From the NCBI GenBank assembly GCA_000091205.1, contig AP006497.2: a DNA stretch of 64,000 nt. The stretch is one strand, 5' to 3'. Origin of the DNA: Cyanidioschyzon merolae. Its lineage: Eukaryota. Numbering within the stretch: the stretch's first letter is position 1; the number at the start of each line of letters is the position of its first letter. The notes beneath the pieces are model-generated. The model made no database searches. It was not told where the DNA came from and was given only the letters and a program-made list of their open reading frames with translations. Below are positions 1 to 11,102 of this stretch, in pieces. Both the position numbers and the translations under genes were made by a program.

Positions 1-1411
1 TCGACCGTTTCGATGTGCATCACGTCGCGATACATCTCCCTCACCAAATGCATCAGTCCTGACGACGCCTTGACAATACTCTTGGAGTACGAGTCGACAC
101 GTTTTTCGATAGCGTCTTGCAGCCTTTCCCTGTACGGATCCTTGATATGTCCAAGAAGAAAGGTTTTCACCACCATCTCGTTCTACGGTTGTCTTTCTTG
201 TCGCCTTCAACGTAGGGCCTCCCACTTTCGGTCCTTCTTCTCTCCCTTTTCTTCTGGACTCGGCACTGTTTTTCGTTTTTTTCTGGCAGCCGGCGACCCT
301 GGGCCTCCAGGATCGTGGACTTGCTTTTTCATAGCTTTCCTTTTTTAGTTTTTTTTTGAAAAACAACGCTCTGTGAACGCTTCTGTTATATACTGCGAAA
401 AAAACTTGAATACACTTGTTTGAGGTTTGAAAGAAAAATGAACTAAAAAACTGTACTCTGCTAAGACCTTAACGGAAATCCAATTTTTCCAGTACAACAA
501 CACGCTACTGATCAGGATCGCGTTTCCCTTCAACAGCGGCATTCGCATCGTGTCAGTAGACTGGCCGATCTCCGAGGTATCTGGGCGTCGATCTGGTCGT
601 GGTGAGCAAAACCCCGGGTACAAAAACACCGATAACAAAACAAACTAGTCGCAAACTATTTATTAAAGAACAACTATCTTAAAGACTCACATATCACGCC
701 CGCCTTAGAGGTCTAGTTTTTCCGGAGAAGCTCTGAAAGTGGGTTAACGCGGGGTGCTTGGGCGACAGCGAAGGAAGCCCACACCAGGGACCTTAACCGC
801 AACGAACGGAGGGGCGGCGGCAGTAGCACCAGAAAATGTTGACGAAAATCCTGATCAGTCATCCGCCCCTCCCGAATCAACGCTGCAGGTTCCGGCGCAA
901 ATCTTGGATCGATCCTTAAACTCGGGCTCCGGTTTACCTCCTACATTGGGTACCTACCTCAACTTTGGAAACAGTCTCGGCGGATACTTTGGAAGACGGC
1001 TGGCAGCATGTTCACTGTCAAAAGTGGAATAAGCGGCTTGCCCGCCTATGTGTTTGGGGAGCGGATACGAAGCCGCTGAAAGGTTGGTTCATAGAGTATC
1101 CCCTGTGGTTGAGGGTAGCTTCACGCGTCCGGCAAGATAAAGGTCGCATTTGAATCGACCTTGACTAGCGTACATCTGATTCTACGCTAGCGCTGCGGCA
1201 GACACTCAGTGAACGACTGGAATGCAGGAGGCGCTGGAGGCATGTGCGATCACACACGCCATGGAGGGTGCGTCTAAATTGACGACGTATCTCTGGAATG
1301 CCGCAGCGCTATTCCTATTCCCTTACGCGCTACGAATCGGTAGGTATTGCATCATGGAATATTTGTGGGATAGCCTCGGAATTGAGCTACGAAATATCGA
1401 ATTACCAGTAG

Positions 1412-4400
1412 AGTAAAGAGGAACTTATACAAGTCGGGGACTCTACAATAGGGAAAGAGACCCAACCAGATACGGAAAAGGAGGCACAAAGTCCTCATGA
1501 TCCACGTACCAGAAGAGTAACTAGAGAAAGCAGCTCAGCAAAAAGCCCGAAGAAGAAGAAGACCAACAAGAAAAGACAGAAGAATAGAGAGAAGAACACC
1601 CAAGCGGGCCCATCACAAGGTATCCCCCGAAAGGGCACTCCAGCGGGAACTCAAGAAAGCTGTCAACAAACCGAGTCACCTACTCACAGCGCTGAAGATC
1701 CGAAAAGCCGTGCATGCAAGTCTTTAGACCAATTGGCACGCGAGTTTGTAGATGAGAATCAGAAGATCGCCAGAGAACTGGGACTGCTGGCACCAGAACG
1801 CAACAGTTGCAAACCTCAGTACCTGAAACGACGTAAAAAAGCACAGATTGATGAATGCCACCGACTCAACAAGATCGTCAACCGCACCGCCATACGCGCC
1901 AACGCCGGAGACAAGGAAGCGAAGGCAGCGCTACCGGCGCTACAGGCGCAACATGAGGAAGCTATCAAAAGAAAGAAGAAACTTTCCAGAGAAAACAAAC
2001 GAGGGGATCGAAACCGCAGAATCGCCTCCCTGGCGAAATCTATGCTAGAGAGCACCAACGAAGATGAGACTTGGCGCTACATCCGATCGAGACTGGACCC
2101 ACCAAAAAAGTGCTTGGGGCTCACACCAATCGTTTATAAGGAAGCGCTGAGGACGGAGAGTTCCTCAGTGAATGAGGCCTGGACGGACCACGGGATAGAG
2201 CTGCATGAAGAAGCAACTGGGAACTGCCAAGACCGAATCTATTGGCACCAATATGCTGCAGAACTACCGCGCCTCGACCTGGTACCAGAATGGAACGACC
2301 CAATCTTCTGGCCTGAATCTGTTCGGACCCTCTTAAGGTCATGCAACCGCAAAACACCTGGCTTTAACGGTATCCCTGCGGAGTGGATGAGACTGGCGAC
2401 CCCAAAAGACGGGACAACAGGGACACCATCGATACCAGATGAACCTGACACAATCTTAGGCAAACGCCCTCTGGAGCTCATCCAACGCATGTTTGAAGAG
2501 GCATACATCCCTGATGTATGTAGGAGTGTTGAGGTCGCACCGATCCTCAAAAAGGACTCCCACATACACAGACATGAACAACTACCGGACTATTCGCCTC
2601 ATCCCGTCAATCATGAAGCTACTTTGCGCCATCCTCACAAACCGGATCCAGAGGGGCCTCTAGGAGCGCAAGTTCTTCGCCCCAAAACAGGCTGGACTCC
2701 GGAGCCGCGAGGAGTGCATGAGCCATGTCCTGACCCTCATTGAAGTGGCGCAACGTCGCTTCATTAGCGACCAACAACCAACTTACGTATGCTTCATCGA
2801 CTTCCAAGAGGCATTTGACACGGTCCCGCATGAGGCTCTATTTCTGAAGATGGAACGAGCCGGAGTCTCCGCAAACTGCTTGGCGTTTTTCCGTGCGCTC
2901 TATGCAGACTCGTGGATGCGCATCCGACTGGGCGACGGCTCAAGAACCCCTTGTATAAGAATACGCCGTGGACTGCGACAGGGCGACCCCGCATCCCCGC
3001 TCCTTTTCAACATCTTCATCAACGATCTGCTGAACAATTGCAGACAATACGGGCTTGAGGTGCCGTGGATAGACTGTGGAGATGCTCGGTGAGGAGCCCT
3101 CACGTAGGAACCGCCTCGCAGGCCTTCTATTTGCGGACGATGTCGTGCTGTTGGCACCCGCCCCGGAAACGCTTGCGGCTAGCATGGAACAAGTCAGCGC
3201 CTGGGCCGATCGCTGGGAGATGAGCATAGGAGCATCGAAGTGCGGCGTTATGGCCATCCATGGAGACTCGCAGAGCATTCGCAATCGCTCGTGGCGGTTG
3301 CAGAATCAGGAAATTCCGATCGTGGAAAAATATCGCTACCTGGGGGTCTGTCTCACGCCGACGCTTGACGAAAAGGCACACGTCGACGAGATGATCGCCA
3401 AGATGCATAGACGTACAGCGATCGCACGCCCAGTCCTATCCGACCCTTCTATCCCCTTAGCAATCCATACGAGGGCACTAAGGATGTGTATCATCCAGCC
3501 TACGACCTGGGGTGCTGAATGGTGCAGCATGAAGCACCCAAATGCCTCGCGTCTGCAGACAGCCGCCAACAGGGCAATGCGACTCGTTGTTGTTGTTGGA
3601 TGCTCAGTGCAGAGCAGAGCGACCAACCTGCTGGCACTCGGACTTGAACTCGAAATACCCTCGATAGAAGCGATAGCAGCAGGCTGCTGGGCATGTATAC
3701 GGACCAAAGGGCCCGCCATGCGCACCTCTTTGAGTCGGATTTTCATGCAGACCCCAACGCACCGCAAGAAAACTTGGATGAAATCAGCGCAGATTTGGCT
3801 GATGCGCCTCTTAGGCGAAAACACGCTCCAATCGTTCCCCAGGAATATAGAATTCTCCCGTCGCCTCAAGCGAACGGTCCAAACACCAATATGGGAACGT
3901 ATACACGGTACCAGTCGCGCCAGTAACGCCGGCTTGACCCTATCCGGAACTACAACCTAGAATACACATGCAAGCACTGATGGGAGGCGCTGGAATTCCC
4001 GGGACTTGCTCGAGGTGCCCAGTAGCTCGCCAAAATCCACGTTGGTGGCTCCTGGCTACCAGCACGTGCTCTAAGCCGTATAGGAACACTGGAATCGCAC
4101 TGGGAATCACACTGTCCCTGCTGTCGAGACGAGACCCCCCCCCCCCCCGAGACGCTGACATATTTAGGCTTACAGTGCCCGCGCTGGAAGCAGGAGCGCA
4201 GCGAGCTCCTTGAAGGACAGCAGCAGCTGGGCATCAGCGTGATAGTCGAAGGCCGGACACTCACTCTGAGTGTAGCACTGGCAACTGATGGTCCGTTAAC
4301 GGAGCCTCAGCGCTCATCAATGGCGAACAAACTCACATGCTACGTTCTAGGCAGAAGGTCCAGCGAATCGGATGCGCACACGGGCCCAGTGCGCTTTCTG

Positions 4401-4898
4401 CGCCTACCCACTGTGGTGGGTATCGAGCACAAACCCACGTTGCCAACCGACAACAATGCATTCCATGCATGATCACGAAGGAGAGAGGCGGCTCCCAGGA
4501 TATATCCTAACAACCAAGTTTCTCCAGCGTGTCGTGCAGCGAATACAAGCCTGCATCCGCAGACTGTCCGAGCACAAACTGACGACGAGACCCGATTCTA
4601 CGTCGGGTGAACCACACCTCGAGCCGACGCCCTTTGTGGTACGCCAACGCCGTTCTGTCTCCGTGCAGCGACAGCACCGGCGCTGTAGGCGCTATTGCTG
4701 TCGCTTTCGGCAGGTACTAGGCACACACGATAGGACGTATGAAATGACCAGTATATTCGAGAAGAAGTAGAGGTAATGTAAAATGGAGGTAGGGGGTTGA
4801 TGGATACCTCACCTCGCACTGAAAACCCCAAAAAGAAAAGAAAAATGCGCATAATCGGAGAACGCTGGCCTATGGAAACGTCTTGGCAATGAAAAAAA
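1412..4898 (+). mobile_element. Degenerate non-LTR (LINE-like) retrotransposon copy. The 5' boundary is uncertain and the 3' end is a short A-run.
   Basis: Reverse-transcriptase motifs are spread over three overlapping frames (FIDFQEAFDTVPHEALF, RGLRQGDPASPLLFNIFINDLL, LLFADDVVLLAP). A Cys-rich C-terminal knuckle (HCPCC...LQCPRW) lies around 4110-4190. The reading frame stays open upstream to 1412. The element ends ...GGCAATGAAAAAAA at 4898. Its last ~560 bp recur at 33269-33562 and 44697-45251. No AP-endonuclease domain was recognised upstream, so the copy may be 5'-truncated. Confidence 0.8.
1733..3960 (+). pseudogene. Reverse-transcriptase ORF disrupted by frameshifts (three overlapping ORFs: 1733-2743, 2718-3092, 3076-3960)
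   Basis: The RT domain continues from one frame into the next near 2570-2720 and again near 3076-3092. None of the three frames covers the whole RT domain. Confidence 0.8.
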
Positions 4899-5355
4899 TT
4901 CAGGGCGTCCCTTTCCCACGGTGTCCGCTATGGCGATTCGATGCGCCGCGATCGCCGCCGACGTCGCCCGAGGCGGGTGCCGCGTGCGCGGCGCCGCCTT
5001 CTTTCGCCGATGTCGCGACCTACTCCGCCGACACTTGTTTCTAAGGCGACCACCGCGACAGTGTCGACGGCTTGAAGCTTCGGTTTGTGTCTTGCCAGTG
5101 ACGTTTGGACTATAGTCGCGACACTCGTCTCTCCGTGTGACTCGTTCTAGGAAGATTACTCAAAGCACTAAGCACAGATCTTCAAGCGTCTCTAACAAAC
5201 GAGTGCGTTGGACTTTGGGTTGGACGGCAAGCTCGTGAGGCCCTCCGAGTGAAGTGGAACCCTGTCGAAACGAAAGCGCTGTGGGCTGTTTCTGAAAAAG
5301 CGGTCGCACTGGCGCTTCTCTGAACCGCTGCGTTTCCGTGGCGTGTATCGAGTTT

Positions 5356-5466
5356 ATGCTGATCGAGCAAATTAGCTTGTTCCCGTTCTCGGACGAGGAA
5401 GTCTGGCTGGCCGCTATCAAGTGGAAGTGTGCAGCGTTCACGGACGTGGAGACCGACCCTGGCTAG
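5356..5466 (+). promoter_or_regulatory. Candidate upstream ORF (36 codons) in the presumed 5' leader of the AdoMetDC gene
   Basis: This is the only ATG in the ~400 nt upstream of the main ATG. It encodes MLIEQISLFPFSDEEVWLAAIKWKCAAFTDVETDPG-stop. The stop at 5464-5466 lies 45 nt before the main ATG at 5512. The transcription start is unknown. Confidence 0.35.
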
Positions 5467-5511
5467 CGTTGGCTTTTCGGTGAGGAAACTCACAAGTAGG
5501 AAACAAACTCA

Positions 5512-6843
5512 ATGGGGTCCGTTTATGAGCCAGTAGGGTTTGAAGGCCCAGAGAAAAAGCTCGAAATCGACTTTCAACCAGCAGGTGAGGTAGCCGGTTC
5601 GCCCTGCTCGCCAAAGCATAGCCTTCGGTCGGTTCCGCGTAGCAAATGGGAAACAATTCTGGCGGTTGCGCAGTGTAATATCCTCTCGGTATTGCAGAAC
5701 GCACACTGCGACGCCTATTTGCTTTCAGAGTCATCCATGTTCGTCTTCGATCGAAAAGTCATGATCAAGACCTGCGGGACGACTTCGCTCCTCCGCACAG
5801 TTCCCGAGCTGATGGCGGTCGGCCAGCAGCTGCAATTGGAGATAGGATTTCTGCAGTATTCACGCACTGCCTTCCGTTACCCAGAATACCAGCCCGCGCC
5901 GCATCAGAGTTTCCGCGACGAGATCGCATACCTCCGCCAGTACCTACCTGAAGGCTTCGAGCGCGTCATGGCGGATGACCACGCCATTCCGCCTGCCCAA
6001 CGCATGGCGTGGCATGTCTTCACCTACGATAATCAGCGAATGCCCACGAATGAGCAGAGCCTCGAGGTGTGCATGTTTGATCTAGATCCGATGGCAATGC
6101 GGTGCTTTTTCGGCGATGATTCGTTACACGGAGGCGATCCAGTGCTGTGCACGCATGTGTCCGGCATCGATGATCTCTTGCGCGCCGCAAAGCGCCTCGA
6201 TCAGAATGCAGTGGATGACGACGGCGCCGCGCCGCTCGTCGACGCGCACCTCTTCTCGCCGTGCGGGTATTCCATGAACGCCCTGGACGGATCAACCTAC
6301 TACACGATTCATATAACGCCTGAGAACCACTGCAGTTATGTGTCCTTTGAGACAAACGCCCACTTGGGCTCTTTCGTGCCAGTTTTACGCTGCGTTCTTG
6401 AAACATTTCGGCCAGCGCGGTTTCAGGTTGCATACGTAGGCGATGAGCAGGCAGCAGGGACACACGCGGCGCGCGACTGGCCCAAGCACCTTCACGCTGG
6501 GGAGCAGCGTTTCTCGCGTCGCGACGCTCTACAGACCGGGGGATGCGCAAAACCCAAGTGCTCCCCGATGGTATGGAGAAGGACTGGGCCGTACAATCAC
6601 TGGATGGCGAGCAGTGCAACCTATCAGTGCGTGTTGGGCTGGCCGTCCCTAGCTTGCGATGAGATCGCCGGCGAGAGGGCGCACTGCGGCTACAATGGGT
6701 GGAGTTCACCTGTCTCCGGTGACTCGTGGAGTACCCGGCCGACGCCGTCGCTCTGTTCCGACTCCGAGCGCGACCTCGATGACGTTCCACTGGACTCCTC
6801 AACGACATTGGATGGACAGGCTCCGAACATATCCATCGGGTAG
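5512..6843 (+). CDS. SAMDC: S-adenosylmethionine decarboxylase proenzyme
   Basis: ATG start, 443 aa. The N-terminus MGSVYEPVGFEGPEKKLEIDF and the self-cleavage motif YLLSESSMFV are typical of eukaryotic AdoMetDC. The C-terminal ~100 aa look like a lineage-specific extension. Confidence 0.93.
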   Translation: MGSVYEPVGFEGPEKKLEIDFQPAGEVAGSPCSPKHSLRSVPRSKWETILAVAQCNILSVLQNAHCDAYLLSESSMFVFDRKVMIKTCGTTSLLRTVPELMAVGQQLQLEIGFLQYSRTAFRYPEYQPAPHQSFRDEIAYLRQYLPEGFERVMADDHAIPPAQRMAWHVFTYDNQRMPTNEQSLEVCMFDLDPMAMRCFFGDDSLHGGDPVLCTHVSGIDDLLRAAKRLDQNAVDDDGAAPLVDAHLFSPCGYSMNALDGSTYYTIHITPENHCSYVSFETNAHLGSFVPVLRCVLETFRPARFQVAYVGDEQAAGTHAARDWPKHLHAGEQRFSRRDALQTGGCAKPKCSPMVWRRTGPYNHWMASSATYQCVLGWPSLACDEIAGERAHCGYNGWSSPVSGDSWSTRPTPSLCSDSERDLDDVPLDSSTTLDGQAPNISIG

Positions 6844-6955
6844 CGAAGCGAAGGCGGTAGCTGCGCTCGCAGACGTAGCGATCAGAATTTCACCAGGACT
6901 GCAACATCACCGAGGGGAACCGAGTTCACTCGATTCATGGAAAGATTTCGATGCC

Positions 6956-7942
6956 CTAGGCTTCACGGTTCGTAAACGATACTTTCAACGAATAATCAAC
7001 GCACTCGTATCCCTGCGATAAGCTCACGCTGATAATGTCCGCAGCAGCACACATATAGCGAGGTGCTGTTTCCAGCGTGATACCACCACTCGCTTCGATC
7101 AGGTACCGACAATGGGGCATGGTTGCGGTCTTCTCACGGAGCCGTTTCGCTGTCTCACAAAAAGTCTCTGGATCCATGTTATCCAGCATAATCACATCGG
7201 CGCCCGCTGTGATGGCGGCAAGGGCGCTCGCTTCCGAACCGCACTCAACCTCGACGCTGACTGAGAAACCAGCACAGTTGCGTGCTCTGCGAACGGCCTC
7301 TTGAATGACGATTGGGTCATCGGGTGCTCGCTGGAGCTCCAGCCCGATGCAGGCCAGGTGATTATCCTTTAGCATGATCATGCCAGAGAGGTCCACCCGG
7401 TGCATGTCAGCACCACCAATGTGCATGCCATACTTCTCAACCAGTCGAAACCCTGGCGTCGTTTTACGTGTTCCCGCGATGACACCATGCCACTGGCGTA
7501 CCCGACAGAGTTGCTTGAACTGGCGAGCACGCGTCGCAACACCCGAACAGCGTGAAAGCAAGTTCAAGGCGGTGCGCTCGCCCTGGAGCAAACGCCGAGC
7601 AGGCCCGCGAACGGTGGCAAGAGGTCGTTTGCCTGCACTCGAACTACCTTCCGCGCCATCCCAGTACTGTCCTTCTAGACTAGTGGTAGAAGTGGTACCT
7701 TCGTCGCGCCAAGTGACGCTGCAGCCGAGTGTTTCGAAGACCGCGTCGAAGAACGGACGTCCCGCCACGACGCCAGCACTTTTCTGCCAGAGCGTTCCAC
7801 TAGCGGGCCGCAGATCTACGAGAGAACCACTGAAATCGAAGGATGGGGCATCTTCAAGGAGCCAGCGCTCTATGTGCGCGTTCAGCAGCAGCGGCAGAGG
7901 TGCGACACGCGCTCGCTCCAGCTGCTTTTCTTTGCTATTCAT
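6956..7942 (-). CDS. QPRT: Quinolinate phosphoribosyltransferase (nicotinate-nucleotide pyrophosphorylase, carboxylating)
   Basis: Motifs present: WLLEDAPSFDFSG, IAGTRKTTPGFRLVEKYGMHIGGADMHRVDLSGMIMLKDNH, and VEVEC...GADVIMLDNM. The ORF-track start at 7999 is TTG. The first ATG is at 7942, giving 328 aa. Confidence 0.9.
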   Translation of the reverse strand: MNSKEKQLERARVAPLPLLLNAHIERWLLEDAPSFDFSGSLVDLRPASGTLWQKSAGVVAGRPFFDAVFETLGCSVTWRDEGTTSTTSLEGQYWDGAEGSSSAGKRPLATVRGPARRLLQGERTALNLLSRCSGVATRARQFKQLCRVRQWHGVIAGTRKTTPGFRLVEKYGMHIGGADMHRVDLSGMIMLKDNHLACIGLELQRAPDDPIVIQEAVRRARNCAGFSVSVEVECGSEASALAAITAGADVIMLDNMDPETFCETAKRLREKTATMPHCRYLIEASGGITLETAPRYMCAAADIISVSLSQGYECVDYSLKVSFTNREA

Positions 7943-9641
7943 GCAAAGCGATTCTCGAACGACTGGAGCTTGCGCTGAATAGCGTTTGGTAAATCTCAAA
8001 CAGCTTGAGCTCTACTACAAGTTATGCTCCGTCCAGAGGGCAACACAGCGGCTAACGCAAAGCAGCCTGGACTCTTGAATGAAGCATCTGGGGCACTTCT
8101 TGAATGAGCGATCGCTCTGCGCCAGACGCCGATGCCCAGCTCGGGTGCACTGGGGTCCATCGCTACCGCTACTTGTCCGTACGCTGAAGCGTAAAGAAAC
8201 GCCCGAGAATCCACCCTGGAAATCACTGGAGAGAAAAGAACGTATGGAGACCGGACGATGCCTCCTGTGAGTCACGGAGACAGGGATGTAGCAGTTGGAT
8301 CACCGTTTGCGGTGAGACGCTGGCATCAGGCTCGGGAAACGTTTGTATGTGCGGTCGTATCCGTGGGAGTGCTGGTGTGCTGTGGCGGTGGTGCTTGCGA
8401 ATCAGACGACACATGACCGCGAGGCATTCAACCAGCTGCGCATGCTAGTGCTGACGCAGGAGCACGTACTATGTCCGAAATGTGTGCTCTAGCTTTCACT
8501 GAAGCTGTGGCGTTGTCGGTGCTAGGCACGGTATCCGTTCTAATGCTGGAGGTTTTGCGCATTCCAGGAATCCCCAGGAACGCTTCGGTTGCCTCGATGG
8601 ACTACATTGCTGCAAATTCTTCTGCTTGGGCAAGTGTTTCCGTTTAGAAGTATTTCGACGAGAAGCGCTGACCACTGCATGAAGCCGAAATCTTAGAGGG
8701 AGCCAGCAGTCCGCGCAGATGCTTTTTACTGGACACAAAGTGTCATCAAGTGCTGCTGTAGGTTTTTCCCCATTTACTGAAGAGGCGTGTCGGTGCCGAA
8801 CTCGGCCCGCTGATCAGTCGTGCAAGCTCCCAGCTTGCTCTCGGAACGCATAAATGCGCTTCGTGCAGACAAGGAATGGAAGCGTTGTAGTGGTTCGTAG
8901 GTTCTTTCTTCTTTCGAGCTGTTCGATAGCGTTCACATAGAACGCTCTCATGCGCTCGCTTATTCGCTGCCATTGTCAGCTGCGGACCTGAACGGTTCCA
9001 CAGGCACTTTTTTTGAGGCGATCGGCTAGCGCACGCACGCCATGTTTTCCAGTCCGCTGCACCGATAAACCAGCGCGGCGTGGGTACTCTCGTCGACGAC
9101 GCGACCGCAGCACTGCTGTTACGGGTTTACGCGGGATAGATTCCAGCCGGAAACCTTCGATAGGCAGTACTGGAAGCGGTTGGAAAACGATCGCCCACGC
9201 TTCACTCGGGAAACCTTACTATAGTCTGTGCTATAGAGAGGAATATGCTCTGCGACCTCGAGCACCGTACGCGGCGTCCGGATCAATATCGCTGAAGCTG
9301 CTCTAGCACGGAACCCGCATTCAAGTTCATGTTTTAAACTGAAACATGCTCTGCGCTCATGAACAGTGTGGAGGCCATTCGAGCTATCTCCGTGCTCCTT
9401 TTCACGCCCTCGCGTGTCATCGAGTTCTTTCCCAAGACGCGTTTTGCGAAAGAAATTCTCCCTGTAAATTCATAAGGCAGAGCAGAGAGCCGGCGCTCAG
9501 CACGCCATGACTTTAGCAGCGCTCGCGTTGCAAGTTGCCAACGCCGTACAATGCCAGGGAGCCTCGGCTTGGTCTGCCACACTCAGGTCAAAATAACGTG
9601 GGACGAACCTGCGTAACTGACTCGGACGTACGTACGAAACC

Positions 9642-10893
9642 TGGTTCTCTTCCCAGTATCATCAGCAACAGCCTTTGCGAGATTCTTCGGCGACTGCTCC
9701 CTTTTCCGGTCTCTTGTCTCTGGCGTGCCATAGCCGATCTCTCCTGTGATCGATGTACTATGTCAGCAGTCAACGGATGCCGATGGCAGCATCGAAGCCT
9801 CGATTTCGCTGCTTCTGGCTGTCGCCGACGCGCTTCATGAACAGACCGTAGATGCGATCTACGCCCCGCTTGGCATGTTCGCCTTCTTCATCATATACCG
9901 CCTCTGTACGCCGTATACAGCGGTGACGCTTCGCTACCGTCGGTTATTCGCGTATGTCGACTGCGCGTCTTCCGCGGGCCGTCCTACAACGCGTGAACGC
10001 TTGCCTCATCGCCCGGCACATGCCCCGCCATGGCACAGAACGCTTCTCTGGGTGCGGTCCTCGGTTTCAGCACGCGGTGCCGTGCACTACGATTACGTGC
10101 TCCACCCGGGCGATCCTCTCGCCATTGTCTCTGTCCTCTGCACGAGCAAGCGCGCGCTCTTCCAATGGATAGATGATTTATGGAACGCGATGTCGTCCAC
10201 GATGAAACTTGTGTCGGAAGGAAAACCAGGGCTGGATCAGCATTCGAGAGATTCGGATGCGTCAACGCTGCCTCTGTACGAATCGATGACGCACTCTGCA
10301 CTAGCCGCACTCGCGGCGATACAAGAAGGCCGGTTCGAAACCTCTTCTACGTGCAACCGGAAGCGTCGTGTGCCTCAGGGAGTACAAGCCATGAGGTATG
10401 CCATGCTCCTGGGGAATGCGGTTCCGTTAGTGGCCTCAGAGAGAGGATAATTTGGCTTTCCGTGAGATTGTTTATTTGATGTGAGTGTCTCAGTGAACTC
10501 TTGGCGTGGACTTGCGAAGAGGTCGATGAGGGTCTTCGATGGGTTTTTCCTATTCAATCCAGATGCGCAGAATGCTGAGCCCACGACTTGCCTACAAAAA
10601 CTGGTTGATCGAAAACTTGGTGAATGCTTATGTTGAGCATGCTGCGCGCAATAAATGGAGAAGCGCGGAGTCTCGTACTTACGCATTGGATAACGATATC
10701 GGTTCTTTTACGGAACCCTGCTGGAGGGCGTCGTGCTTCATCATGATTTCGATAAAGGATCGAATTCCAGCAGTAAAGCATCCGAGGCGCTACAGCAAAA
10801 TGACGACCGAAAAAGCCACATCTGGCGTATGCATCCGTACGCTCTTGTTGCTGCAGGTCGAACGGTGAGGCTGGTCATCCCATAAAATTCTGA
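9642..10893 (+). repeat. Dispersed element family, copy A1. The near-identical core shared with A2 is 9642-10768.
   Basis: 9642-10768 matches 20960-22085 at a constant offset of 11317, apart from a 1-bp indel at the extreme 5' end. Paired ORF translations show only a handful of substitutions (about 99% identity). The left terminus is TGGTTCTCTTCCCAGTATC and the right terminus is ...AAAATTCTGA near 10893. Confidence 0.85.
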
Positions 10894-11102
10894 CAAAATC
10901 GACATGCAGTTCAGTATGCCACGTTAGCGTTGACATGGATGTCGCGCCTCTGAATTGTGTGCGCAAATTTGCGCACCGCAGTTAACCAGAGTCGCCTGTA
11001 CTCCATGATTGCTCAGGATATTTCCGGCGTGATACACGGAACAGCAAGCCTTGATCATTGCAGCACGCATCGTACCCAATCAGAAGCCGCAGACGAAAAT
11101 CG

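Noticed and set aside
1-176. A possible 5' end of a minus-strand gene running off the left edge (ATG at 176; MVVKTFLLGHIKDPYRERLQDAIEKRVDSYSKSIVKASSGLMHLVREMYRDVMHIETV...)
   Set aside because: Only 58 codons are visible and I recognised no family. An open stretch of this length is not rare by chance. It looks protein-like, so it is worth checking with the neighbouring sequence.
6020-6808. Long antisense ORFs opposite well-identified genes: 6020-6808(-) opposite AdoMetDC, 7374-7982(+) opposite QPRT, 3336-3869(-) opposite the RT, 37587-38225(+) opposite the P-loop kinase gene, 56723-57388(-) opposite the DEAD-box helicase, and 59755-60396(-) opposite the synthetase-like gene
   Set aside because: Each lies fully inside a gene with clear family motifs on the other strand. 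Their translations are Arg/Ser/Ala-rich with no recognisable domain. This is typical shadow-ORF behaviour in moderately GC-rich coding DNA.
8012-9300. A possible seventh, highly diverged copy of the dispersed element immediately upstream of A1. Weak anchors include GCTGGAATC and ACGGACTGG-like strings.
   Set aside because: Only a few short anchors matched. Other expected anchors, such as the TCCA(C/T)GATGAAAC... block, were absent at the predicted positions, so this is not supportable by eye.
10329-10345. A tRNA-like T-loop string, GGCCGGTTCGAAACCTC, inside repeat A (also at 21646), and similar GGTTCGAA strings at 15270 and 12228
   Set aside because: I could not fold the flanking sequence into acceptor, D, anticodon and T stems. 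One occurrence is inside a CDS and the others are inside the dispersed repeat.
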